Of a DNA stretch of 64,000 bases, positions 24,162-38,834 are shown piece after piece. The DNA is taken from positions 1 through 64,000 of the forward strand of contig NW_003314268.1 in assembly GCF_000143415.4 (NCBI RefSeq). Direction: 5' to 3'. The translations under genes and the position numbers were made by a program. Origin of the DNA: Selaginella moellendorffii (lineage: Eukaryota > Plantae > Lycopodiophyta). The notes beneath the pieces are model-generated. The model searched no databases. It was not told the DNA's origin and worked only from the letters and a program-made list of their open reading frames with translations. Position 1 is the first letter of the stretch, and each line of letters begins with the position of its first letter.

Positions 24162-26543
24162 TCAATACGGCTCCTGGCGACTGATCGCGATCGGGCTTCT
24201 CACCATCCGCTGGCTATCCGACCACGTCAAGAGCCCAAACACCGTCTCGATATCCCCGGGCACCACCGCCGCTCTCGGCGCGCTGATCGTCAGCGTGTAG
24301 CTCAACTTCTGGTTGAGCTCCGAGAACAAGAGCCTCTTGGGCACCACGCTCGCCTCGATTCCTTTGGGCACCAAAACGCTCGCAACGTACTCCGCCTTGG
24401 GCGACCCCACATTCGTCACCGTCCTCTTGAAACTCATCTTCATCGGCCCCTTGACGCTTTGATCAAACACCGCCGAGAAGGACGGATAGTTTAGATCGCT
24501 CGTCTTGGGCACGCTCGTCGGGCAAGAGGCCTTGGATCTCGTCACCATCCTCAAGTCCTTGGACGAATAGTTGAGGCTGCACAGGAACTCGATGTAATCC
24601 TCCCTGCCCAGATCGTAGACCAGCCCCGGATCCATGGCCGTCTCGGGGTTGACCAGCCCCGACCCAAAGTCAAACGGCGTTGACACGTTGCCGGTGGCCT
24701 CGTCGGACATGATGTTCTTGGTGTTGTCCACGAGGGTGGCGCTGGTCATGAGCGCGGATTTGATCGCCGCGGGGCTCCAATCCGGGTGAGCGCCCCTGAG
24801 CAGCGCCGCCAATCCACTGACGTGTGGGCAGGCCATGGATGTGCCGCTGATGATGTTGAATCGGACCTTGCGAGTGTCGGATGCCAATCCAGTCGGCCCC
24901 GCGGCGCCCGTCCACGCCGCCAGGATGTTCACCCCGGGAGCGATCATGTCCGGCTTGAGGATCTCGGGCGTCTCTGGATTGGGGCCCCTGGAGGAGAACG
25001 ATGCCACCACCGGCGCTGGGGAAGTCCCTAGAACCGTGCCCAGGAATTTGATGCTCGCGACTGGAGATTTCGCCGATTTGATGTAGTTCTTGATGGAACT
25101 TCCAGCAGCATTGCCGACGGCGGTAGCTGGAAGGAGATGGCTGTCGGCGATCAGACCCTCGCCGTCGGTGGGGGAGTTCGAGAGGATCATCCCGCGGCCG
25201 CCGGCGGCGAGAACCACGCCCCCCTTCTCGACCCTGGCATTGTTACCTCGATCGCACAGCACAATCTTGCCCCGGACGAGCTTGGGATCCAGCGATCCGG
25301 CCAGGCACAGGCTCGCCGAGTAGGAATCGCTGCCGTTCTTGCCGACAGAAGCGTCGGCGGAGTAGACGAGCGGGATCTCCTCCCCGGCCGCGAAACCCTT
25401 GCCGCTGTAGAGCGACACGCCCTGGAAGGACTCGCCATTGCCGAGCTTGACAGTGGCGGGAAATGCCCGGTCCATTGTGCTGGCACCAATGGTAGCGATC
25501 CACGGCGCCACGTTGGTCACGGACAGCTGACCTGGCCCCTGGTTGCCGCCTGACGTGGCAACGAACACGCCGCGCGTCATGGCGCCAAATGCCCCCAGCG
25601 CGATGCTGTCCATGCGGTACGGCATGACGCCGCCGCCCACGGACAGCGAGATCACATCCACGCCGTCTGCCACGGCGGTATCGAACGCCGCCAGAATATC
25701 CGAATCAAAGCAGCCGGACGTCCAGCACACCTTGTACACGGCAATGCGGGCCTTTGGCGCCATCCCCTCGGCGGTACCGCTGGCAAACCCTAGCATGTCC
25801 GCACGGTACACGTACCTCCCGCCGGCGGTGCTGGCGGTATGGGTGCCGTGGCCGTCCGAGTCGCGCGGCGATTTAAATTCGGTGCTGCCGTTGATTGGCC
25901 CGCTCATCGCCTCGTAGCCGCGGAAGAAGTAGCGCGCGCCAATCAGCTTCTTGTTGCAAGCGGTGGATTCGAACCCGGGACCGGTCTGGCATATGCCCTT
26001 CCATTTGGAGGGAATCGCGGACATCCGGTGGTCGCTGAAGCTCGCGCTCTCCGGCCAGACGCCGGTATCGAACACGCCGATGATGACGTCGTCGCCGTAC
26101 TTGGATTTGGGCCACAGCCCATAGCTGGAGTTGAGATGGAGGAAGCCCGGGCTGTGGGTGGTGTGGAGCTCCTTCTTGGTATCTTGGGCCATGGCCACAA
26201 ATCCGGGGAGGCGCTGGATGGCCTCGGCCTGTGTGGGAGTGAGTACGGCGGAGAAGCCGTGGAGGACCGTGTCGTAGACGTGGAGGAGGAGATCGTCCGA
26301 GATGGTAGTGGCGGAGGAGGAAGAGATGGAATCAGTGGTGGCATCTTTGGCGGATGCTACGAGCGATGCGTACCAATGCTGGTGGTGCTGGAAGGAATCG
26401 GGCATTTGGGAGTTGTCCATATGGACAATGTAGCTCCTGGCGGCGGGCTCTTGCGCCGCCGCCACCGCCACCGCCAATGACGCGATCGATCCCAGCAAAG
26501 AAGCGGCGATCCCGAGACCCAATGCGAAGAGGAGAGAGCCCAT
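24162..26543 (-). CDS. Subtilisin-like serine protease, SBT1 subgroup, intronless
   Basis: Signal peptide, I9 propeptide (SYIVHM..LHTTHS), catalytic D (GVFDTGVW), H (DGHGTHTAST) and S (SGTSMACPHV), PA and fn3 domains. The first ATG is at 26543; the ORF track starts at an upstream TTG. Confidence 0.96.
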   Translation of the reverse strand: MGSLLFALGLGIAASLLGSIASLAVAVAAAQEPAARSYIVHMDNSQMPDSFQHHQHWYASLVASAKDATTDSISSSSATTISDDLLLHVYDTVLHGFSAVLTPTQAEAIQRLPGFVAMAQDTKKELHTTHSPGFLHLNSSYGLWPKSKYGDDVIIGVFDTGVWPESASFSDHRMSAIPSKWKGICQTGPGFESTACNKKLIGARYFFRGYEAMSGPINGSTEFKSPRDSDGHGTHTASTAGGRYVYRADMLGFASGTAEGMAPKARIAVYKVCWTSGCFDSDILAAFDTAVADGVDVISLSVGGGVMPYRMDSIALGAFGAMTRGVFVATSGGNQGPGQLSVTNVAPWIATIGASTMDRAFPATVKLGNGESFQGVSLYSGKGFAAGEEIPLVYSADASVGKNGSDSYSASLCLAGSLDPKLVRGKIVLCDRGNNARVEKGGVVLAAGGRGMILSNSPTDGEGLIADSHLLPATAVGNAAGSSIKNYIKSAKSPVASIKFLGTVLGTSPAPVVASFSSRGPNPETPEILKPDMIAPGVNILAAWTGAAGPTGLASDTRKVRFNIISGTSMACPHVSGLAALLRGAHPDWSPAAIKSALMTSATLVDNTKNIMSDEATGNVSTPFDFGSGLVNPETAMDPGLVYDLGREDYIEFLCSLNYSSKDLRMVTRSKASCPTSVPKTSDLNYPSFSAVFDQSVKGPMKMSFKRTVTNVGSPKAEYVASVLVPKGIEASVVPKRLLFSELNQKLSYTLTISAPRAAVVPGDIETVFGLLTWSDSQRMVRSPIAISRQEPY

Positions 26544-29500
26544 CTCAGCCAATCCCGCGGAAGAATCACACGCTACTACAAGCTGGGAGATCTTCCTCAG
26601 AGCTTACTCGACGGGGGAGCGAAGAACTCTCGGGGTGAGACACGAAGGAGCAAAGACGAGAGGCATTTGGAAGAGGCGAATGAATGAATGAGATCGATGA
26701 GTGTCGGTGGTGGTGCTCGCACTGGAATGCCTAGAATATTTTATAGGCGAAAGACAAAGCAAAGAAGAAGAAGAATGGGGAAGGAAAATCAAATGGGTGG
26801 AGAATGGGGCCCCTCTCTCGAAACGGAACAACACACGGCAACGAGGAAACGGACGCCGCGAGAATGCGAGCAATGGATGATGAGTCTGTGCGCAGGAAAA
26901 AGTTAAAGGGAAAAAGAAAAGGCGACGCCACTCACACTCGCACACAGAAGCACAACAATCTCGCGCGGATCCATCACAAGAAAGCACCCGCGGCACGGTA
27001 TATTCCACAGCGTCGTGGGAGTATATTCCACCGCCGTTGCCGCGAAAACTGGCGGGTTATCATTATGCGCCTCCAACCGGCGGCGACGCCAGGGAACCAC
27101 CGGCGGAGGCGGAGCGGAGCCCCTTAATTGGCATTAGTTTTCTTGTTGTAGCGGAAGCCAAGATCAGGCCATGATCATGGAAGCGATGAGGTCAAAGATC
27201 AAAGTGGTTTGTGTCAGTTCACACTGATTTTTTCACAGCATTTTCTCGCCACCCCAAGTTTCAACCCATGATGTACGCGTGCTTGTTTGGATTAGCCTTG
27301 GGAAAGAAATTGAGCAGGAGGGGGTGAAATCCAGCAAAGGTCCTCCTGGCTGGCTGCTGCGCGAAATGGCGTGGAGGGCGTCGCTGTTGTGCGTGGGCGT
27401 GGGCTACAAACTGCTGCAAAGCTTTCAACACCGGTACGCGGTACCGTACTGACGACCTCCAGATTGCTTTATGAACCCGAGGTAAAACTAAATGATTATA
27501 ATTAAAGTTTTTCACTACAATCTAAAGGAAGAGTGTTTCATAGTATTATAGTTTTATTTTGTTAATAAATGGATCTCAAATGTAATTTTTATACTTTGCA
27601 ATGACAAGCTGATATATTTCAATGTGAATCAAATAAAAAACAATAATAAGAAGTTTAACAAGGTGAAAAAAAGTTTTTATCGATTAAGTATACTCAAGCA
27701 TACTAAATACAAATACATTTTAAGAAACTTATAAATAAGAAAGTATAATGCTAAATGTTTAAGAAAAATTAATAATATAAAAGAATAAATTTTTTAGTAA
27801 ATACTTAAAATATATATTTATCTTTACTTCTTTTAGAATTATATTATAAATTTTTTAAATATAAATACTAATATAAAAAATTAAAATTATTAATTATGTT
27901 ACTCATGCTAAAGAGTGGACCATTTTATTTGAGGACCTTAATCTTATAAAAAAGAACAAGTGCTACAGAGATTACATCATGATTATTTATGAGGCTACAA
28001 TGAAATAATGTTTTTTAAACCATTGCCATGAGAACCCCTTTAATTTATTTTATACAATTGAGGTGATCTCATAAATAAATGCACCAAAAACTATTAATGA
28101 AAATATAAAAAAGACAAAGAATCATGATTGTACAAAAAATGAATGCTCAATCGACTTGGATGATTGGGTATTGAATTTGGTTACACTTTGAGTTGGCAAA
28201 ATGGATTTGAGGTGTACTAACGCCAATGCTGTTACTTGCGAAAATTGTTCCAGACATGGACAACATTATCATATATGGACTTACTAGTATTCTCTTTTCT
28301 TCTTCTCACAATGTGGTTAAGTTATTTTATATTACTTGACTTTTAGGAGATGATTAACATTATTTTTCTAGGTAAAATCATTCAATTTTAAAAGTAAGTG
28401 ATATAAAATTCTATTTTACTTAAAAATGTTTAGGGTATCCTAATCTAGGCTATAAAATATTCTATAAATATTTCTATGGTTCATAATACTGATATATTCT
28501 TTCTCAAAAGAAAATAAAATTAAATAAAAATAGATAAAAATAAATCTATAATAAATTTATCAACATCAAAATAACTTCACTTACCTTCAATTTGCAAAGA
28601 ATTGACATGATGGTCACAAAAAAACTCAACCTTAATAAATATTTTAAATTTATTTATTGATTCTAAATTAAATAGATAAACCCCAAACTATATTAAACAA
28701 GTAGGATTCTTGAGGGCAGGAGCCCTCAATGGCGGAGAATAAAGATCAAATTCTCAACCTTAAGATCCTTTAATTATTAATTATCTATAAAATTAAAAAT
28801 TATGTTAACTAATTAATATTATAAAATATCTAATATTTTTCACTCATTGGTATTACATATGTCTATTGTACTCAAGAAAAATTTTTATTTTATAAAGTTT
28901 TTATTTGATAATATTTTTTGCCATGATGGTCACATTTCATTACATTTTTAAAGATGAAACTTCAATAGTATTATGGAATTAGTCCTAGTGTAAGTGGGAT
29001 ATTTTCTCATGTAAATGGTATATTTATTACTAAATACTATTATGCTACTATTTAAAAACTGGATATACTTTTATAAAAATTAGAAATTTTAATTATTAAT
29101 TAGTTAATATAGTACTTAAAATATGGGAAAACCCTATAAATTATTTATAAACTTAATTATAAAGTTTTTGTTTATAGTTTTTATTATATGGTACACAAGT
29201 TAATAATATTACTTTTATTTTTATTAGTTGCACCATTTTGGCTTTGTGATTGTTAAATCAAATTGAATAATTTATAATTTTATATTAATTTAAATCTAAA
29301 TTGAATTATATCCTAATACATACTAAAAGTATGTTAATATAATTATACCAAAATTTAAATGGAAGGATACCTATTAAATAATATGTTGATACAATTATAT
29401 CAAACTTTTTAATTTTATTAAAAGCAAAGCATTGCATATTACATAAAATTATTTTTATTAATTATGGTTATTTATTAATAACTTTAAATAGAAATAAATC

Positions 29501-30243
29501 TGTTATAAATAATAAACTATTTTTTTATTAATCACTATTATTTTTCACTAGATAAAAAGTTTAAGGTATATAAGGTTAGTTTGCATCTTTTTCAAAAGAA
29601 CTCTCAAATTGTTTATTAATAATTTATAAAAATTATGAAATATCTAGAACTAACAAATCAATAAGTATTGTTGCAACTTTAGAAAATCTTTAAAAAATTA
29701 TTTATTAAAAAAAATGTGATACTTATCATTGGTTTCTGATTAATAATATTAACTAACTATTAATTTTGGAAAACTCTAATTGTATTTATATTAATTTGCA
29801 GTGGCATGGAAAAAATTATGTAAATTTTTCCCTTTTTCGAAATCAATAAATTTTACATCTTTCAAAGAGAAATAAAGTCATTTGCTATTCTATATAATAT
29901 TTCTAGAGGTCTATAACTGATCACAAATCAGAAATTTAAAAATCATTTTACATAGAAATCTGAATTACTTCATCTCAAAATTCAAAAATCTTATAAATTT
30001 TCCTTGCGAAAATTCCATTTTCCAAACCTTCACAATTGCGTAAACCAACAAGAATGAGGCCAATGCATCCTTAGTGTTTCACCCAGATCTAGGCAAATGA
30101 TGTGGTTTAAAATTATTAACAATAATAACCTTGATCATTCTTAGAATATTCTCAAACTATTTCAATTTGAAAGATTTATTAAAGGTTTAAACTCAAAACC
30201 TTGACCTAAACTTAAAAAAGAGGTTTTAGGGCTATTAGAGGGC

Positions 30244-33011
30244 ATGGCGTCGATGCTGTTTGGCGATGATCCGGATCCACTGCCGCTGTGGTTCAAGAAG
30301 GATGCATTCATGGATCCGGATTTCGACTGCGACGCCCACATTTCCAGCCTGCGCAGCTTCGTGCCGCTCGAGGCGCTGCGCGGCGAGCTGCGCAGTCACC
30401 TTGCAGCGCTCAAGAACGAGCTCGTCGAGCTCATCAACAGGGATTACAACGATTTCGTGAGCCTCAGCACCCAGCTCGTGGATGTGGACGGTGCCGTGCT
30501 CCGGATGCGCACGCCATTGCAAGAGCTGCGAGGTAAGCTCGTCACCGTGCGCGATGGTGTCGATGGAGCGCTGCTCGCGCTCCAGGACGCGCTCAAGCGG
30601 AGATCCGAGGCCTCCGCGTCGCGGGAGATTCTCGAGTTGCTGCTCGACACCTCTCATGTGGTTTCCAAGGTAAGATCGAGTGGAACGAGTCCTTTTATTT
30701 CGATTCCTAGCTTGCTTGCAGATCGAGAAGCTCTTGCTGGAGCTCAAGGAAAATAGAATATCCAATGGAAATCTAGTGAGTGGCAGTGAAGGATCTATGG
30801 ATCCGGTCGACAACAGTGGTGACGACCCGCGGAGTCGATTGTTGGAGCGAATTGCGAGTGAGATGAATCGTCTAAAGTTCTATGTTGCCCGCGTCCAGGT
30901 GAAGTTCTATTTTTCGGAAAAGGTGACACTTATCTTTCTTGTCAACATTTCATTACAGGACTTGCCGTTTATCAAAACCATAGAAAAGAGGATCCAGAAT
31001 GCCGATGCCTCCTTGAGAGAAAACTTGGAGAAGTGTATTAAAACGGGGCTGGAAAGGCGTGACGAGAAGGTTCTCTACCATTGTCTACGTGCTTATGCGG
31101 CTATTGACGACACTGCTGGAGCTGAAGAGGCTTTTCGTATCACAATTGTGGCACCTTTTGTCTCCAGGATTTTTCCTGGGAATTCTTCCAAAGACTTGGT
31201 GGGTGGAGGAGCCGCAGACAAGCTGGAGGAAGACTATAAACAGGTCGAGGCGCATATTGCTCGAGATTGTAAGTTCATGTTGGATATCGTAGCGTCTGGT
31301 AAGCTTTCCAAATGCGTTTTTCTTTTTTCGCTCGTTTTCTTATGGTCTCGTTTCTTTTCAGAAAACTCTGGACTTAATGTGTTCGATTTTCTTGGAAACT
31401 CCATTCTTAAAGAAGTGCGCTCAGCGATAGTGGCAGGCAAGCCTGGCGCACTTTCACCTGGGAAACCAGCAGAGTTTTTGGCAAATTACAAGTCAAGCCT
31501 GAAGTTTCTATCGGTAGTAGAAGGTATGTAGCTTGGGTTTTGCTAAGAAAGACCGACTCAAGCATATCAATTTCAGGATACTGTCAGTCACAAGCGGCGG
31601 TTCTTGCTCTTCGTTCTCAAGCAAGCTATGCTGAATTCGTGAAGCTTTGGAACTTGCCAGCTTATTTTACCCTGCGGTACGTGTTTCACTTTGGAAGCTT
31701 ATCAATGCATTCAGACTCGACCCGTAAAGTTTTCAGGAAATTGCAAGCTCTTTTGATCAAACACTCACTGAAGGCCTAAAACGGTGCCAGGAGAGCGATT
31801 TTGCATTCAAGTCCAGTGATAAGCTCCTTGAATGTTTGCAGCGTTGCTGGGATGAGAATGTGTTTGTCTCATCACTCTCGGACAAGTTTTTGAAACTAAG
31901 CCTCCAGCTGATCTCCAGGTACTACGTAATTCTTTCGTTGCTCGAGTATAACAAGCATATGCAGGTATGCACGATGGCTTTCTGCTGGTATGGCGTCACG
32001 AAGTGCTGCTGATACCAGTTCGTGGGCAACTTCGGCGTCTTCGGAAGACATTCTTTTGGTATATAAAACTTGCGCTTTGCTTGGTCTTACGTTTGTTTTG
32101 TCCGCAGCTCAGGCATGACGTTGAGCTTCTCCATAAAAAACTTACAGGATCCTACTTAGATTACGCTTTGGGAGTTCTCGGTCCAACCTCGGCAAATCTC
32201 TCCCAAAAAAGCATTCTCTCCGCGGCGCAAAATCTTCTCGACGTTGTTCCAGTACTCACGGATGTACTGACGGACACACTGGCTGATAAGTGTGTCGAGG
32301 TTCGTACCATGGGCTGGAGGTGTGCTTGGTCCGCTTAACAATTTGTGTGTTTTTTTTTCAGGAGCTCAAAAATCTGAAAGGAATCACAACGACGTACCGC
32401 TTGACGATCAAGCCACTTCCAACTCACCATTCACACGTTGCAACAAATCTTCTACAAGCGCTGAGGGTACAGATTCGTCCCCGAAAGTTTTCTCCATGGT
32501 CTAATATTTTCTCGCTGGGACTTGCAGGCTTTTCTACAAGGAGACCATAACGCCTACATGTCAGATGCCTGCCGCTTGGAAATACTTAACTCTGTGGCGA
32601 AGAAGGTGACAAAGAACTACGATCAGCAGATTCGGGATCTCGTCGAAGGGGTAAACATCGTTGACAAAGCTGTGACGGGAAGAATGACAATCGTTTTCTT
32701 TTGTTTTCATTGGAATCCAGCTACGGAAAACGGAGTCATCCCTGTTGAGATTTCGACAAGCACGGCAGAGAACGGGCGCTGGACCCGATGCAAACGATGC
32801 CAACATCTCAAACACGGACAAAGTCTGCGCGCAGCTCCTCCTGGACGTCCAGGTATTCTAGCTTGGTCTTTGTTTTCCGAAAACCTGATCTTTGTTGTCT
32901 TTGAAGGAACACGGCCGAAAACTGGATGAACTTGGTGTCGATTCTTCAAAGCTGCCAGAGTTTCAATCACTGTGGGAATTTGTCTCTCTCCAGGAGAAGC
33001 CACACTCGTAG
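30244..33011 (+). CDS. COG2: Conserved oligomeric Golgi complex subunit 2, multi-exon
   Basis: N-terminal LKNELVELINRDYNDFVSLS, LLERIASEMNRLKFY, PGKPAEFLANYKSSL, WNLPAYF and ISNTDKVCAQLLLDVQ; about 11 short GT-AG introns; stop TAG at 33009-33011. Confidence 0.92.
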
Positions 33012-34183
33012 CGTTGCTCGTCAATGAAGGTCCTTTTCAATCTTCTTTTCTAAAGCGATTTTCAAGCCACGCACTGGAGATTGGGTGGAATGAAGTGGAA
33101 GTTCCATTGAAACGCCAACATCATGCCATCTATTGTTGACAAGGAATAATTTATATATTGTCCTTTACGAATTTCAGACAAGAAAATAAAAAAAAACTTA
33201 CATTCAGGCTATAAAATTTGGATCGAAAACTTTTGGTTCTTTCCATAGACAGTAGGCTGTCAAGCTCTAGAACTCTTCTCGACGCTACGTCCACGTCACG
33301 ATGACGTGTCACGACAGCTCAGCCGCCGTTGGTTCCAATCATAACAAGACCAATGTATGTACCGGACCTTCATATGAATGAATCATATTGTCACACACCA
33401 CAAGAAAAGCTGGCAGTGACCGTAGGCGTAGAAATACCCTCCGCTTTGAAAGGTATTGCTTCCATCATGCTCTGCGAGGATCGAACCTGCCACCTCCGGG
33501 AGCCGTTACCCCAGGTAAAACCCACCTTTTTTACTCGGGCCGGGTACCACTAGATTCTCAACGGGCAAGAAGAAATTACGCACACACTTCTTGATTAAAC
33601 AGAGGTAAAGCGTGAAGCTAAGCCGGCATTTTTTACTCCGTTGGAATCTTGGGCATCTCTCCTTTTACCTTATGTCGCCCATTTGAAAATCGTGGCAGGG
33701 CGGTGAAGGAGATTTACCAAGTTTAGGCTTAACGACGGCTAAATCGGATCGGACGGTTTTTGTGGCGCCACGTGTGCGGGTCTTGTAACCGTTTAAGGTT
33801 AAACCCTAGGGGTAGAATTGTTTTAATTCTGTGGGTATTCTATGTTCTTCGTCAGGGGGATTGATCCATCGTCGTCCACTGCGCCCTCCGGAGCCCTAGC
33901 CGCGCTTGGCGACGATCGATGGAGCTGTAAGCTCTGGAGCGCGAGCGATTCCTCCAGCGGTGGCGGCGACCTCTGCAATGTAGTCTCGGCGCCGCATTGT
34001 GGCCGCGACGATCTCCGGCGATGTCCAGGGTAAGCATCGCGAGGCGCTCCCGAGAATGCGCGACTGACCGATAGATTTTGCGTTGGAAGATGTGTGGCAG
34101 AGCATCGGGTCTCTGACGCAGCGGCGTGAGGAGCAAGACTCCTCTTTCTTTCTTTCTGGATCTAGCGGGATTACCGATCGGCC

Positions 34184-36232
34184 ATGGCAGGCGGCGGCTA
34201 CCTCACGAATCAGCTGTCCAGGCGCACGGTGATCTTTGGATTCAAGCTATGGGTAGTGCTGGGCATCGCCGTCGGGGCATTCATCATCCTCATCCTCTTC
34301 TTCCTCTCGATGTGGCTCGTGTCGAGAAAGAAGAACACCGACGACAAATTCCGGCTCCACAACATCCCCAGCGAATCAAAGGAGATCCAGGAGGTCAAGG
34401 TCGATCATCACAAGAGGGCGACCAATGGAGGAGGAGGAGGAGTGGCGCTGGCGAGGAGCGTCTCGCCACCGGAGAAGGGGCTGGAGAAGATCATCGTTCA
34501 CGTCGACTGTGCCGTGGAGGAGGATCGCCACCAAGGCAAACGATTTAGCACCACCACCAGGGGTGGGAAATTCCGGGACAATGCCGCTGGCTACGTGATG
34601 CAATCGCTCTCACACCGCGACACACCCGAGAGAGGAAGCCCAGCGAGCGTCTCACACCAGAGTGTGAGTGCTACTCAGATCGAAAAGGAGAGCTCGAGGG
34701 GGCTGCCATCAAACCAAGCATCGTCTTCTCCCGATCAAACGCAGCATTCTTCCACTCCGGCAAGCACCGAGAGACTAGCTTCTCCCGGAGCTCGAGGTGG
34801 AAGTAAAGCAGCGGAAGTTTCACACTTGGGTTGGGGGCACTGGTACACACTGCGAGAATTGGATGCTGCCACGCACTGCTTTGCGGACTGCAACGTTCTC
34901 GGGGAGGGTGGTTATGGGATTGTCTACAAAGGAAAGCTACCGGACGGGACTCCGATTGCCGTCAAGAACTTGCTCAACAACAGGTAGGCCATTTTTTTGT
35001 TGTTACTCCGCACTTTACCAATTCTTGTTTGTGCAGAGGACAAGCCGAGAAAGAGTTTAGAGTAGAGGTGGAGGCAATCGGGCGAGTGAGACATAAAAAC
35101 CTTGTTCGCTTGCTGGGCTACTGCGTTGAAGGCTGTCACAGGTGAGATAGTTTTCCGATTGGACTTTTAGCTGACTTTGAGCTCTGCAAGGATGCTGGTT
35201 TACGAGTACGTAGACAATGGGAATCTGGAGCAATGGCTCCACGGGCCAATCTCGAGGACAAAGTCGTTGACGTGGGAGGCAAGGATGAAAATTGTTCTCG
35301 GGACTGCCAAAGCGTAAGTCTTTGCCTTATGTTTATTCGACCACCCCGAGTTACTCACAGCTGTTTGATTCGATTGCTTCTCTGCGTGCCAGGTTAGCAT
35401 ATCTGCACGAAGCTTTGGAGCCCAAAGTTGTACATAGGGACATAAAATCAAGCAACATACTCATTGATTCAACTTACAACGCCAGGATATCAGACTTCGG
35501 GCTTGCGAAACTCCTGGGAGCTGGCAAGAGCCACGTAACTACAAGAGTCATGGGCACGTTCGGGTATATAACTTAGTACACAAGCATTTCTTCTCTCGAC
35601 AGTCTCACGAATGGCGCGTGACTCTGATCTTTGCAGATATGTCGCTCCAGAATATGCAAACACAGGATTGCTCAACGAGCGAAGCGACGTGTATAGTTTC
35701 GGTGTCCTCCTCATGGAGGTCGTCACCGGAAGAGATCCCGTGGACTATAGCCGGCCTCCTTCAGAGGTACGTACATATAAAATTCACTCTGAGATACCTG
35801 TATGACTCTGGATTGCTTGCTCACGACAGGTTAATCTTGTGGACTGGCTGAAGCTCATGGTCGGGCAAAGGCGCTCGGAAGAAGTAGCGGACCCAAACTT
35901 GGAGCCCAAACCAGCGTCGCGAGCGCTCAAGCGAGCGTTGCTGGTGGCGCTGCGGTGCGTGGATCCGGACTCGTCGAAGCGGCCCAAGATGGGGCACGTC
36001 GTTCACATGCTCGAGGCGGACGAGTACCCGTATCGCGACGTAAGTGCTTGCAATTCTTGTGTCACTGGCAGTGCAGCTAAGATGGTTTCTTTTCCTTGTA
36101 CTACACACGCAGGACCGGCGAGCGGCAAGTACCACTCCCGCCACAAATCGCCCACCAAAGTCAGCGAGAGGCGTCCATCAAGAGCAGCAGCACTACAGGG
36201 CAGCAGAGTTGCGGTCACGGTCGGTATATTAA
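34184..36232 (+). CDS. Membrane-anchored receptor-like Ser/Thr kinase (RLCK-V / At1g01540-like), 7 exons
   Basis: N-terminal TM segment ([15 protein letters not shown]), [50 protein letters not shown]; GT-AG introns; stop at 36230-36232. Confidence 0.93.
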
Positions 36233-36467
36233 CTCGAAGGTTGTCAAGTTGAGAGGAAAGAAAGAAAAAAAGAGCACAGATCATTCAGGTATAAATCAAA
36301 GAGGCTGACAATTTCTGTTGTGGAGACGGTTCCAGGTGATGAATTTGAGAGAGGAGTGTTGTACCACACACATCTAACTCGTTTTTATGGGTTTTGGATC
36401 ACAACTGTACAATAAAAATGGCCAAGTTCTTGGGCAAATTAAAAAAAAAATTGATCACTTTCAAAAT

Positions 36468-36539
36468 ATCAGAGTGGCGCAGCGGAAGCGTGGTGGGCCC
36501 ATAACCCATAGGTCGGAGGATCGAAACCTCCCTCTGATA
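36468..36539 (+). tRNA. tRNA-iMet: Cytosolic initiator tRNA-Met (CAT)
   Basis: 72-nt cloverleaf ATCAGAG...CTCTGATA with A1:U72 pair, three G:C pairs closing the CAT anticodon loop and the initiator-type T-loop ATCGAAA. Confidence 0.95.
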
Positions 36540-36797
36540 TTAATTGTTAAGAAGTCTTAACTACCATACGATTAATTTAATATTTGTCAATAATACTTGC
36601 TTAACTATTTAATATTAAAAGGGTTAAGGTATTAAATTAGAATAGATTGCCAATATTTGAAATTATTCAATGTTGAGATTCAAACTTCTATCAAGCTTTG
36701 TGACAAATGGATATCAGCTTATATACAACGGTTCTTCTTTATTCAAAGTAGTATTTACATATATACATCGAGATTTCGAGTTTGGCACGTCCTACTT

Positions 36798-37546
<749 letters not shown>

Positions 37547-38834
37547 CTACTCCAAAGAGAAACTCTGAAAACACTAGACACAGCGTACCATCTCTCTCGA
37601 AGTATATATCAGCGAGGCAGTGGATATTCGTTGAGCACATTAGAAGGCTCTAGAGATATCTTGTCTGGTTAAAATAGAAAATTTTCCATCCTAAACGAAT
37701 TCTGCCAATTAAGTGATGCCATATAGAAGCAGGCCACGATTTCAGCGTGCGTGCCAAAAGATCAGAAAAGTTCTAATTTGCTCACCACAATACGTCAATG
37801 GTGATGGAGTGATGGACCAATGGAGCAAAATGGTGACAGGGAGCAATATATATGACGATGGAGAAAAATGGCAATGGAGTGATAGAGCATTGGATAAGCA
37901 TAAACTCCCCCCGCCATAGTTGAATGTGATTACCAGCAAATCATCATTTTGCTGACATCAAAAGACTTTAACAAGCTAGAATTCTGACGAAAGAGTGCTG
38001 GCTAGTATTAACCAGAATTGAAGGTTTAAATTTCACAGTAATATACAATTTATAGAATATTTATTTTACACTAGAGTAACCAAAATGATAAAAATTACTA
38101 AAGCATATATTTCACTTTCTATCTTTGTTTTATCAATCTTTTCTCTTGTTCTTTCTCACTCTTTGATATTTTTAATCATACTATCTTTAAGATGTTTTTT
38201 TGAGGAATCTACTAGTAGACTATAGAGAAAAGAAAGAGAAATTTTATAACTCAGGACTATGAGATAAATAATGTGTCAGATGATGCTATAATGATAATAG
38301 CATAATCCATTAAGTAAATAAAACTTTACAAAGTTTGATGTATTTTTTTTTCTGTCATTTTCTAGTTTTGTTAAAAAATGTGCTTCTATTATTCGTTTTA
38401 AGATTTGTTTTCATAATTAACATACTTTATACTCTTTATTTTTATATAATCTTCTCAAGGTTTTTTATTTCTCTATGAAGGGATATTCAAGAGTTTAACA
38501 CTTCAAAAACCTACAATCAATTTATATATTGTTTCAAGAACTTTGAGCAGAAGTAATAATAAAAACTTGAGTTGAAAACTATTGATTTTTCTTCCATTGT
38601 CTTCATATAGGTAAAACAATTTGGTAATAATTGAATCAAAAGAGAAAATGTATAATTATTATTGTAAATCATGTTGTAGTGGATAAAATCCTCTCAAAAG
38701 CAATGAATTATAATATAACATTCACAATAATGAGATATATCTTTATAGTAATATTCTTGCTTTAACATATTTCTTTTGCTCTCTCTATTTTGAAAAAGTA
38801 ATGGCAAGGTGATACTATTAAATAAAAGAAAACT

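Noticed and set aside
28710-28729. Perfect 8-bp hairpin TTGAGGGC-AGGA-GCCCTCAA in the AT-rich spacer, as a Helitron 3' end
   Set aside because: No CTRR terminus at the expected distance on either strand and no matching 5' end identified.
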